Source of the DNA: Rubrobacter sp.
Lineage (GTDB): Bacteria; Actinomycetota; Rubrobacteria; Rubrobacterales; Rubrobacteraceae
Direction: 5' to 3'
Assembly: GCA_035640175.1 (NCBI GenBank)
Contig: DASQWQ010000294.1
Location: 1 to 45,243, forward strand
DNA length: 45,243 nucleotides
Shown: in pieces, positions 9,679 through 18,568 of the stretch
How positions within the stretch are numbered: position 1 is the first letter of the stretch
Layout of the letters: each line of letters begins with the position of its first letter
Program-made: the position numbers and the translations under genes
The notes under the pieces: generated by a model
Databases searched by the model: none
What the model saw: the letters and a program-made list of their open reading frames with translations, nothing else
What the model was told of the DNA's origin: nothing

Positions 9679-9763
9679 TTGGGTGATCGGCACCGGCTCC
9701 GGTGAGAGCGAGGCGGGTGCCGGAGGAGGGCATTATTTCATGTCATGACGAGGAGGTTTTCGG

Positions 9764-10696
9764 TTGACGGAGGAGAGAGGAGCAGTGTCCGGCATGGACC
9801 CTGCCGAGCTCTGGCGCCAGTGGATGGAGTCGGGGAGCAGGATGTGGTCGGAGATGGCCGGCGGTGCCCAGGGGGGGCCGGTCGACCCCTACGGCGCATA
9901 CCGCCGGTGGTTCGAAGGCATGCGAGAGATGCAGGGGCGGATGGTCGGGCCTGTCCCCGAGCCTGTCGTGGGCACCTTGGGGGTTCATAACCTCTGGCAG
10001 CGATGGTTCGAGATGACCGCGGACTCCTGGCAGAAGAGCGCCGAGACAGGCCAGAACGCGATGGAGATCCTTCCGCGCTGGATGCAGATGCTCGATGAGG
10101 CGCGTACCAACCTGGTAACTGGGGGCGCGTCACCGAGCGACCCTCTGCAGTTCGCGGCCCAGTGGTACAACGCCACGAGCGGCCCCTTCTCGGACTTTGT
10201 CGGGGACGTCATCGAGCGCGAGGAGTTCCTCGAGCCTTCGAGCCGTTTCCTCCAGAGCTACGCCAGCTTCTATAAAGTGTTCAAGCGCAACTCCGAGGAT
10301 TACCTCAAGAACCTCCAGCTCCCCGTGCGCTCCGACATCTCCAGGATCGCCGGCCTCCTCGTTAACCTGGAGGAGAAGGTAGACCGCATCGAGGAGGTCT
10401 TAGAAGACTTCGAGTACGGTTACGCCGAGCCTGCCACGACCGAGTCCGTCAAGGGGCTTGAGACACGGCTCGAGCGGGTCGAGAGCAAGCTCGACAGGCT
10501 GCTCGCGGCGCTCGAGGGCGGAAGCCGGGACGGTGCGTTGGCGGCGGAGACCAATGGGTCTGGCGTCGAGGTCATGGCCACGGACGCCGCAAGGCGCAAA
10601 GCGCGTGAGATGGGCGTGAACCTGGCTGAGGTAGTCGGGACCGGGGCCGACGGCCAGGTCACCGTCGAGGACGTGCGCAAGAAGGGAGAGAGCTAG
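9764..10696 (+). CDS. PHA synthase accessory subunit (PhaR/PhaE-like) fused to a C-terminal E3-binding domain
   Basis: LQLPVRSDISRIAGLLVNLEEKVDRIEE is PhaR/PhaE-like. The gene abuts phaC. C-terminal ATDAARRKAREMGVNLAEVVGTGADGQVTVEDV fits the PSBD pattern. RBS GAGGAGG, TTG start. Confidence 0.8.
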   Translation: MTEERGAVSGMDPAELWRQWMESGSRMWSEMAGGAQGGPVDPYGAYRRWFEGMREMQGRMVGPVPEPVVGTLGVHNLWQRWFEMTADSWQKSAETGQNAMEILPRWMQMLDEARTNLVTGGASPSDPLQFAAQWYNATSGPFSDFVGDVIEREEFLEPSSRFLQSYASFYKVFKRNSEDYLKNLQLPVRSDISRIAGLLVNLEEKVDRIEEVLEDFEYGYAEPATTESVKGLETRLERVESKLDRLLAALEGGSRDGALAAETNGSGVEVMATDAARRKAREMGVNLAEVVGTGADGQVTVEDVRKKGES

Positions 10697-11797
10697 ATGA
10701 CCGAGACGGCCAACTACGCCGCGGTTCCTACCTCGGGCGCCGCCGCTATACCGGCGGACGTAGAGAACTTCTTCGACAAGTACAGCCGCGGGATGAAGAT
10801 CGTCGTCGAGGGCGCCCAAGCCGACACGGGACAGACACCCAAGGAGACGATCTGGACCAAGAACAAGGCGAAACTCTACCACTACGCCCCGAACGCCGAG
10901 AAGAAGCATCCCGTCCCCATCCTCATGGTCTACGCTCTCATCAACAGGCCTTACATACTCGACCTCATGCCAGGTAACAGCTTTATCGAGTACCTTGTCG
11001 GCGAGGGCTTCGACGTCTACATGCTCGACTGGGGCATCCCCGGCGACGAGGACAAGGACCTCACCTTCGAGAACTACGTCCTCGACTACCTGCCAAGGGC
11101 AGTCAAGAAGGTCCTAAGGCACTCGCACTCCGAGGAGTTCACCATGCTCGGCTACTGCATGGGAGGCACGATGGGCGCCATGTACGCCTCTCTATTCCCC
11201 GAGCACCTCAAAAATCTCATCCTCATGACCGCCCCCGTAGCGTTCCCCGAGGGCGAGATGGGGCTCTACAGCCTGTTCACGAGCGAGAAGTACATGAACC
11301 CTGGGCTGCTCGCCGACGCCTTCGGCAACATCCCCGGCGACCTCATCGACACGGGCAATAGGATGCTAAAGCCCGTAACCAACTACGTCGGCACCTACGT
11401 CAACATGTGGGAGCGTATCTTCGAGGAGAAGCCGATGGAGACCTGGCTCGCCATGAACAAGTGGGTCAACGACGGGCCTCCCTTCCCAGGCGCCACGTTT
11501 AGGCAGTGGATCACGGAGTTCTACCAGCAGAACAAGTTGGCCAAGGGCGAGATGGTTCTCCGGGGCCGCCGCATCGACCTCTCGAACATAGAGGTTCCAC
11601 TACTCAACATCGCTGGCAAGAAGGACCACATCTGCACCCTCCCGCAGGCCGAGGCCACGATGAACCTCGTCGGCAGCGAGGACAAGGAGTTCTTCGTCCT
11701 CGACGCCGGCCACGTCGGCCTCATGACGGGCCGCGGTGCTAAGAAGGGCCTCTGGCCCAAGGTCAGCGACTGGCTGGGTACCCGCTCGGGCGGGTGA
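10697..11797 (+). CDS. phaC: PHA synthase PhaC, class III/IV (366 aa)
   Basis: TPKETIWTKNKAKLY, VYALINRPYILDL, lipase box GYCMGG, DHI and AGHVGL catalytic D/H. Confidence 0.93.
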   Translation: MTETANYAAVPTSGAAAIPADVENFFDKYSRGMKIVVEGAQADTGQTPKETIWTKNKAKLYHYAPNAEKKHPVPILMVYALINRPYILDLMPGNSFIEYLVGEGFDVYMLDWGIPGDEDKDLTFENYVLDYLPRAVKKVLRHSHSEEFTMLGYCMGGTMGAMYASLFPEHLKNLILMTAPVAFPEGEMGLYSLFTSEKYMNPGLLADAFGNIPGDLIDTGNRMLKPVTNYVGTYVNMWERIFEEKPMETWLAMNKWVNDGPPFPGATFRQWITEFYQQNKLAKGEMVLRGRRIDLSNIEVPLLNIAGKKDHICTLPQAEATMNLVGSEDKEFFVLDAGHVGLMTGRGAKKGLWPKVSDWLGTRSGG

Positions 11798-11818
11798 GCA
11801 CGCGCCCTGTCGGACGCT

Positions 11819-11968
11819 TGTCAGCACTTCAGCTACTAGTCAGCATTTCAGCTATCGCGTGCGCAGACCCTGGCTGACAGGCTGACAAGCGAAGCCTGAA
11901 GGGCGTAGCGTGCTGACATGCTGATGGCTCGCAGTGCGTAAGGCCTGGGGCCTTACGCACTGCGCTAT
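11819..11968. repeat. TCAGC repeat locus G with 16-bp hairpin
   Basis: Four TCAGC units followed by four GCTGA units. Stem CGCAGTGCGTAAGGCC-TGG-GGCCTTACGCACTGCG (11930-11964). Confidence 0.85.
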
Positions 11969-12093
11969 GACATCCGTCACCCGGAAACCACAACGATCTT
12001 CACTACCGGCCACCACGCCGCGCCCATACACTCCTCTGTAGAACCTCGAAGAAGCGAAGGAGGAGGTACGATGCAGGACCAGGGCGGGCAGGC

Positions 12094-12975
12094 ATGAAGC
12101 TCGGGGTACAGTTAAACAGCTTCGACTGGACCGGAGGACCGAGGCGTTTCGGCAGAAACCTCGCGGATATCGGCAAGACCGCAGAGGAGGCAGGCTTCGA
12201 CCACATCGGGGTGGCCGATCACCTCTGGCAGCACCCGTTCATGGGCGGCCCCGAGGCAGACGAACCGGAGTGCTACACGACGCTTACGTTCCTGGCGGCC
12301 AACACGCAAAGGGTCAAGCTCACCGCGATGGTGTCTGGGGTGCACTTCCGCCACCCTGCCGTCCTCGTAAAGGCCGTCAGCACACTGGATGTACTCTCCG
12401 GCGGTCGTGCCTGCTTCGGCGTCGGCTCGGGCCACTACGAGGAGGAGACACATGGGCTCGGGATTCCCTTCCCGCCGCAGAGGGAGCGTTTCGAGATGCT
12501 CGAGGAGACGGTCCAGATAGCCCTGCGAATGTGGAGCGGCGAGCGCGGAGACGAGCGCCCCTTCGAGGGGAATCACTACCGGCTCGGACGCCCCTTGAAC
12601 CTGCCACAGAGCATAAGCAGGCTCCACCCTCCGATCATGATCGCCGGCGACGGGGAGAAGATGACGTTGCGCCTGGTCGCGCGCTACGCCGACGCCTGCA
12701 GTTTGCGCCCGGGACCCAAGGTACCCGGAAAGCTCGACGTATTGCGCAGGCACTGTGAGGAAGAGGGCACGGACTACGATTCGATAGAGAAGACTTGTGC
12801 TTTCGCCTTCGACGTCGGCGAGAGAGGCGAGAAGGTAGACGAGTTGATAGGGCAGTTGCGCTGGCTCTCGGGCATGGGCATAGAGACGGTGATCGGCTTC
12901 GTGCCACGCGTTGATAGGATCTCACCGCTCGAGATTATCGGCAGGGAAGTCATCCCCGTGGTGGCCGACCTTTGA
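12094..12975 (+). CDS. LLM-class (probably F420-dependent) oxidoreductase
   Basis: AEEAGFD..VADHLWQ, ECYTTLTFLAA, TLDVLSGGRA, ERFEMLEE, PPIMIAGDGEK..LRLVARYAD. Confidence 0.9.
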   Translation: MKLGVQLNSFDWTGGPRRFGRNLADIGKTAEEAGFDHIGVADHLWQHPFMGGPEADEPECYTTLTFLAANTQRVKLTAMVSGVHFRHPAVLVKAVSTLDVLSGGRACFGVGSGHYEEETHGLGIPFPPQRERFEMLEETVQIALRMWSGERGDERPFEGNHYRLGRPLNLPQSISRLHPPIMIAGDGEKMTLRLVARYADACSLRPGPKVPGKLDVLRRHCEEEGTDYDSIEKTCAFAFDVGERGEKVDELIGQLRWLSGMGIETVIGFVPRVDRISPLEIIGREVIPVVADL

Positions 12976-12998
12976 GATCGAATGAGAGAGGGGTAGTC

Positions 12999-13457
12999 AT
13001 GATCGAGCAGCCTACTATCCATCGCAGGACCAGCGTTGCGACGGCGGTCGGTATCCTGTCCGCCCTGTACGCCTTTGCCTTTTTCTTCGGAGCACTCTTG
13101 CACCTGGGTTGGCGTATTCCGCTAGGATTCACGGTCCTGGCCGAGCCCAAGATACTCCCTGCGACGGTCGTCGAGGGTCTGTGCGGGGTGGCTCTGGCGG
13201 TCGCTGCCATTGCCGTGTTCGCCCGCATGAGTTGGGCCTGGACAGCTGCCTTCGCGGCTCACTCCTTCTCCCTTGGAGGTGTTCTGCTCGGTATGGGCGC
13301 GCTGGCCGTAGGGGCCGGCCCGTCCACGGAACTGAACGCTATCTACCACCGCGTCATGCTGGTTGCCCTCGTGGTGGTCCTGGCGCTGCTGCTTTCGCCC
13401 GCTGGAAGAAGCGCGCTTCGTCGCGCGGCGCGGCCGATAGTAATACAATCGCGCTGA
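12999..13457 (+). CDS. Membrane protein, about 4 TM helices
   Basis: Four hydrophobic segments. ATG follows GAGAGGGG. Lies in an apparent operon with the LLM gene and the two-component pair. Confidence 0.7.
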   Translation: MIEQPTIHRRTSVATAVGILSALYAFAFFFGALLHLGWRIPLGFTVLAEPKILPATVVEGLCGVALAVAAIAVFARMSWAWTAAFAAHSFSLGGVLLGMGALAVGAGPSTELNAIYHRVMLVALVVVLALLLSPAGRSALRRAARPIVIQSR

Positions 13458-13490
13458 TTGCAGGGGCCTCCTCAGGAGGTTTGAGATCTC

Positions 13491-14729
13491 GTGAACGAGA
13501 GAGTAAAGGGCGAGCAGTCGGTTTCTGGCGACGGCCCTTCGGGAGGTGGCGGAATCTCACGTATCCCGCGAGCGGGGAGGTTGCTAGGCCCGCTATTCGG
13601 GCTGGTCTTTCTAATCTATCCGATCCGGGCCGTCTTTACGTCAGACCCTACGTCAATGCGGGTCTTCCTCGCTCTTGGTGGGGCTGCGCTCTTTGCCGGT
13701 GTCTTTCTATGGCTGATGTGGATGCAAGTACCACTGTGGTCTGCATCCGCACAGCCCTCCGAGGTGCGCAAGCGCCGGGCTACCATAGCGTTCCTCGCTG
13801 GGCTTGCGATCGCGCTCAACCTCGCCCTTGGCAGCGAGTGGCGCGTGCTCTTCTTCCACGTCAACGTCGCCGCGGGGATAATGCTTTTGACCAGGGACGC
13901 CTACGTGGCGATAGCGGGGCTGGCGGTCACCACGTTGGCGCTCGGCATCTTCTCTGGCATGGCGTGGCTCGCGCTACCGACTGCGGCCATCGGCCTCTGG
14001 GCTACCGCTTTCGTCCGCCAGGTCGCCACCGTCGCGGAACTGCGGTCGGCGAGGGAAGAGCTCGCCCGTCTGGCCGTCAGCGAAGAGAGGTTGCGCTTCG
14101 CCAGGGATCTGCACGACCTCCTCGGCCATAGCCTCTCCCTCATAACGCTCAAGAGTGAGCTGGCAGGCAGGCTCCTCCCCACGGCGCCGGAGAAGGCAGC
14201 GACAGAAGTCCACGACATCGAAGGCGTGGCGCGTCAGGCCCTGCGCGAGGTCCGCGAGGCCGTCGCCGGATACCGGCAGCCCACGCTCGACGAGGAGCTC
14301 ACCGGGGCCAGCGAGATGCTCGCGGCGGCCGGCATCGCCTGCCGGATCGAGAACCATGCGGGAGTGCTACCTAGCGCGGTCGACGCTGTCCTCGCCTGGA
14401 CGGTGCGGGAGGGAACGACGAACGTGATCCGGCACAGCCGCGCGACACATTGCCGGATCGTCCTGGCGCGTGAGAGTGCGGAGGTCTACGCCGAGATAAT
14501 GGACGACGGACGGAGTTATCGGGAGGAGAACGGGGAGGACTCGGGCAGTGGTCTCTCGGGGCTCACCGAACGCGTCGCGACCTTCGCCGGCCGTGTCGAG
14601 GCCGTTTCGTTGCCGGATGGCGGGTTTCGCCTGCGCGTCGGCCTGCCAACGAGAAGCGATGTGGAGCGGTCAGCCTGGCCTGAACCGAAGCTCGACGATG
14701 GTTTCACCGGCGAGGACGGGCGTCGATGA
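13491..14729 (+). CDS. DesK-like (HisKA_3) membrane sensor histidine kinase
   Basis: N-terminal TM helices, EERLRFARDLHDLLGHSLS H-box, REGTTNVIRHS, DDG, GSGLSGLTER. Confidence 0.93.
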   Translation: MNERVKGEQSVSGDGPSGGGGISRIPRAGRLLGPLFGLVFLIYPIRAVFTSDPTSMRVFLALGGAALFAGVFLWLMWMQVPLWSASAQPSEVRKRRATIAFLAGLAIALNLALGSEWRVLFFHVNVAAGIMLLTRDAYVAIAGLAVTTLALGIFSGMAWLALPTAAIGLWATAFVRQVATVAELRSAREELARLAVSEERLRFARDLHDLLGHSLSLITLKSELAGRLLPTAPEKAATEVHDIEGVARQALREVREAVAGYRQPTLDEELTGASEMLAAAGIACRIENHAGVLPSAVDAVLAWTVREGTTNVIRHSRATHCRIVLARESAEVYAEIMDDGRSYREENGEDSGSGLSGLTERVATFAGRVEAVSLPDGGFRLRVGLPTRSDVERSAWPEPKLDDGFTGEDGRR

Positions 14730-15337
14730 CCGTTCGCGTGCTCCTGGCGGAGGACCAGGCGATGGTGCGCGGCGCTCTCTCCGCCCTTCTCTCCCTGGAG
14801 GACGACATAGAGATCGTGGCCGAGGCCTCGCGGGGGGACGAGGTACTCGCCGCCGCACTGGACACCCTTCCCGACGTGGCGCTCCTCGACATAGAGATGC
14901 CCGGCGGGGACGGTCTCGAAGCTGCGGCCGTACTGCACGAGCGGTTGCCTTCGTGCCTGGTGGTCATCCTGACGACCTTCGGGCGCTCCGGTTACCTCAG
15001 GCGCGCCATGGAGAGCGGCGCGGTAGGGTTCCTGCTCAAGGATGCCCCTGCCTCCGAACTGGCCGAGGCCGTCCACAAGGCGATGAAAGGCGAGCGGGTG
15101 GTAGACCCCGCCCTGGCAGCCGCCGCCCTGAGCGAGGGCGACAACCCTCTTACCGAGCGCGAGCGCGAGGTGCTCGCGGCCTCGGAGGGCGGGGCAACGA
15201 TAGAAGACATAGCGGCCAGGTTCTACCTCTCCGAAGGCACCGTACGCAACTACCTCTCCACGGCAATCAAGAAGCTGGGGGCGCGCAACCGCGTCGAGGC
15301 AGCGCGTCTGGCCGAGAAGAAAGGCTGGTTGCGCTAA
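14726..15337 (+). CDS. DesR-like NarL/LuxR response regulator
   Basis: LAEDQ, DVALLDIEMPG, LTTFGRSGYL, LTEREREVL, LSEGTVRNYLS. ATGA overlap with the kinase. Confidence 0.94.
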   Translation: MTVRVLLAEDQAMVRGALSALLSLEDDIEIVAEASRGDEVLAAALDTLPDVALLDIEMPGGDGLEAAAVLHERLPSCLVVILTTFGRSGYLRRAMESGAVGFLLKDAPASELAEAVHKAMKGERVVDPALAAAALSEGDNPLTEREREVLAASEGGATIEDIAARFYLSEGTVRNYLSTAIKKLGARNRVEAARLAEKKGWLR

Positions 15338-15423
15338 GGGGAACGCTCAAGCCTTCCCCTTAGCGCGCTAGTCAGCACGCCGCCTTCGACGGCTTGTCAG
15401 CATTTCAGCTGGTCAGCCGTCAG
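15331..15423. repeat. TCAGC repeat locus H with hairpin overlapping the regulator stop codon
   Basis: GCGCTAAGGGGAA...TTCCCCTTAGCGC (15331-15366), then GTCAGCACG...GTCAGCATTTCAGCTGGTCAGCCGTCAG. Confidence 0.85.
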
Positions 15424-15436
15424 TTCTTCCTGATGC

Positions 15437-17356
15437 CTATTTCTCCTTTACGTAGGTGCCTGGGGCGTCCTCTATTGGCGGATAGTTCTCGCTGCCCATC
15501 CCGGGGGGGTATACCTCTCCTCCGGAGTGGGCATCGAGCCACCTGCTCCAGTCCTCCCACCAGGAGCCTTCGTGCTCCTTGGCTTTCTCGCGCCACTCTG
15601 CGGAGGTATCGAAGGCGCCGCCGTTCTCGGTCGCCCAGTAGCGGCCCTTGCCCTTGGATGGAGGGTTGATCATGCCGGCTATGTGACCCGAGTTGGCGAG
15701 GGTGAAGCGGGTGGTGCCGCTAGCGAGCCTGGAGATCTTCCACGCCGAAGCCCAGGGGACGATGTGGTCTTTCTCGGCGCCGACGGCGTAGATGTCGCCC
15801 TCGATCCTGGAGAGATCTATGGAACGGCCCTTTATCTCTACCTTGCCTGGCTCTATGAGGTTGTTCTCGAGGTAGGTGTTGCGCAGGTAGAAGCTGTGGG
15901 CGTCGCGGGCCATGCGCGTACCGTCCGAGTTCCAGTACAGGAGGTCGAAGGCAGGAGGCTTCTGGCCGAGGAGGTAATTATTGACGACGTTGGACCAGAT
16001 CAGGTCGTTGGAACGGAGCAAGTTGAACATGTTGGCCATCTTGCGGTTGTCGAGGTAGCCGCGCTCAAGCATCTGCTGCTCCATGAACTCTATCTGCGGC
16101 TCGTCTATAAAGACCCCTGTGTCCCCCACCTCGGTGAAGTCGTGCAACGCAACCATGAAGGTCGGCGAGCCGAAGGGGTTCTCGTCTTCGCCTGCGGCGA
16201 GCCAGGAGAGCGCGATCGCGAGCAGAGTACCCCCCACGCAGTAGCCGACGGGGTTGACCTCCTCTGAACCTGTGATGTCCCTCACTACCTCGGCCGCGGC
16301 GAGCGGTCCCTTTGTCATGTAGTCATCGAATTTGGTGTCCTCCATCGAGGCGTCCGGGTTCTTCCAGGAGATCATGAACACCGTGTAGCCCTCGTCCACC
16401 AGATACTTGACTAAACTGTTCTTCGGCCGCAAATCGAGGATGTAGTACTTGTTGATCCAGGGTGGTATGAACATCACAGGTGTCTCGTGCACCTGTTCGG
16501 TCGTCGGCTCGTACTGGATCAACTCTATGAGCTCGTTGCGGTAGACGACCTTGCCGGGTGTGATGGCCAGGTTCTCTCCCGGCTGGAAGGCGTTGGCGTC
16601 GGTCATGCTCATGCGGCCTTCTTGCAAGTCCGCGAGCAGGTTGCGGGCGCCCTCGGCGAGGCTGGCTCCCCCGGTCTCGAAAGCCCGCTTGAGGGCCGCG
16701 GGGTTGGTCAGCAGATAGTTGACCGGGGCCATGGCGTCTACGAACTGCTTGAGGTGGAATTTTAGACGCCGCTGCTCGGCGGTGTCCTCACCATCGGTCT
16801 TATCCGCCTCTTCGAGCAGGTACTCCGAGGCGAGCAGGTAAGATTCCTTGAGCGACTCGTAGAATGGGTTCTGCTCCCAGTCGGGCGCCGAGAACCGCTT
16901 GTCGGGACGGCCCCCGTCTTCTTCCTGCGATGTCTGGAGGCCCCAGAAACGGTTTGTGGCCTCCTGCCAGCTCCTCATCGTGGCGCCGAACAGCCTGGCG
17001 TTGAAGTCCGTGGCCCGCTCCATGGCACGCACAGGGTCGGACATCTCGCGCGCCCAGAGTGTCTGGAGAGAGCGTGAGATCTCCACCCAGTTAATGGGCA
17101 AAACGTTCTGCATGGGGTTGGCGTCCCACAACTTTTCGACGGTAGAGAGCAAGGGGTCGTTCCGCACAACCCCCTCGGGCAACTCCGCGACCTCTTCTCC
17201 TGTGCTGACACCTGGCGTCATGAGCCAGGGTACGCTCGCGCCCGGCGTCGCCGTCATAGGCCCCATGTTCGCCCGCATCCACTCCGACCACACATCGAAC
17301 GGCGCCATCTGTGACGTAGCATAGGAAGGGTGGTTGCCGGTCTTGCCTTCGCTCAT
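15437..17356 (-). CDS. phaC: PHA synthase PhaC, class I-type (about 640 aa)
   Basis: DKRFSAPDW, TPGKVVYRNELIELIQYEPTT, PPWINKYYILDL, GYCVGG, FDLLYWNSD, DHIVPW, SGHIAG. ATG at 17356 follows GAGGAGG. Confidence 0.93.
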   Translation of the reverse strand: MSEGKTGNHPSYATSQMAPFDVWSEWMRANMGPMTATPGASVPWLMTPGVSTGEEVAELPEGVVRNDPLLSTVEKLWDANPMQNVLPINWVEISRSLQTLWAREMSDPVRAMERATDFNARLFGATMRSWQEATNRFWGLQTSQEEDGGRPDKRFSAPDWEQNPFYESLKESYLLASEYLLEEADKTDGEDTAEQRRLKFHLKQFVDAMAPVNYLLTNPAALKRAFETGGASLAEGARNLLADLQEGRMSMTDANAFQPGENLAITPGKVVYRNELIELIQYEPTTEQVHETPVMFIPPWINKYYILDLRPKNSLVKYLVDEGYTVFMISWKNPDASMEDTKFDDYMTKGPLAAAEVVRDITGSEEVNPVGYCVGGTLLAIALSWLAAGEDENPFGSPTFMVALHDFTEVGDTGVFIDEPQIEFMEQQMLERGYLDNRKMANMFNLLRSNDLIWSNVVNNYLLGQKPPAFDLLYWNSDGTRMARDAHSFYLRNTYLENNLIEPGKVEIKGRSIDLSRIEGDIYAVGAEKDHIVPWASAWKISRLASGTTRFTLANSGHIAGMINPPSKGKGRYWATENGGAFDTSAEWREKAKEHEGSWWEDWSRWLDAHSGGEVYPPGMGSENYPPIEDAPGTYVKEK

Positions 17357-17475
17357 CTGGTCTTCCTCCTCAGAGGGATTCACCCGGCGGCCAGCGCCGC
17401 CAGCTTGTATTCGACCGTACTATTCTACCCGGTATGCCTGCCGCCCAAAAACGGCCGGCAAGGGAGCCGCTTCGC

Positions 17476-18290
17476 CTACCGCACGTCGGCGCCAGGCCCG
17501 CGTTCCTGCCTACGGGGCTTGAGGAAAGAGACCACCTCTGTGTTCACATCGGCGAACCGCTCGATGAAGACGAGGTGGCCGGCGTGATCTTGGACCCTCA
17601 GCCTGGCGCCTGGGATGGCCCCGGCGAGGGCCGCGGCGTTGGCGACGGGGATGTAGCGGTCCTCGGCGCCGGGGATCACGAGCGTAGGTGAGGTTATGCG
17701 CCCAACACCACGGGAGAGGTCGAAGCCGGCCCCAGCCCTGGCCTGCTCGTAGTAGGCGGCCCCGGAGGGCGAGTCAGCGAGACGCCAGCTCACGATCTGC
17801 TCGAACTCATCTGCGTGCTCGGCGCGATACTTCCCCGAGGTCGCCGTTTCGAGACCCCGCCCGACGACTCCCTCGGGAGAAAGGAACCCCCATCCAAGCA
17901 TGTCCGACAGGGCCTGAGGAGACATCGGCTCGGGCCCCTGCCACCGTAACTGGTGCAGACGAGGACCAGACGGTCGACAAGGTCGGGCCCGAGCAACGCC
18001 AGCTCCTGCTCCACAAAGCCGCCGAGCGAAGCTCCGAAGACGTGGGCCTTCTTTACACCCAGGTAATCCAGTAGCGACACCACGTCACGAACGAGGTCGC
18101 CGACCCCGTTCTCGAGCCTCCGCTCACCCCTGGTATCGAATGTGATGGTCCTGAAGTGGCGCGAGAAGGCGGGGACCTGCTTGAACCAACCCCAGCGGCC
18201 GAAGCCAAGGCCGCTTATGGGGAGCAGAGGCGGCCCATCCCCGTTGATGTCGTAGTCGATGCTCGTGCTCTCGGTGATCGTCACCGGCAT
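17476..18290 (-). pseudogene. Alpha/beta hydrolase, frameshifted near 17930 (candidate PHA depolymerase or oligomer hydrolase)
   Basis: The N-part has the GASLGG nucleophile elbow and the C-part has PTLVIPGAED..IP and AGHLVFIE. The two parts lie in different frames and would join as GGRGP(E)PMSPQ. Confidence 0.75.
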
Positions 18291-18568
18291 TCGCTACTCA
18301 CCTCGATTCTAGCGCCACAGAGAACCTGCCAGCTAAAAACGGAACCAGTTGCCCCCAGATCCCGCACAACACCAGCATCTCCCTCCACAGCAGTACCTGT
18401 ACTTTGCACCTAGATGCGACACGAAGATATTCTAGAAGGCTGGGTATAGTGTGCAAGTTGGTGGCATGAAAGCCATCACTCTTGGATTGACCGGGTCGTC
18501 GCCAGAACCTATGCTTGCCCTGAGTGGGGTGCCTGGTGGCGCCTGGAGTCGAAGCATGGAGGGAACCG

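Noticed and set aside
13109-14131. Long alternative-frame and antisense ORFs (this one, 4626-5642, 6987-7922, 26372-27229, 35831-36697 and others)
   Set aside because: They overlap well-supported genes, have Arg/Pro/Ser-rich composition and lack family motifs, as expected in GC-rich DNA.
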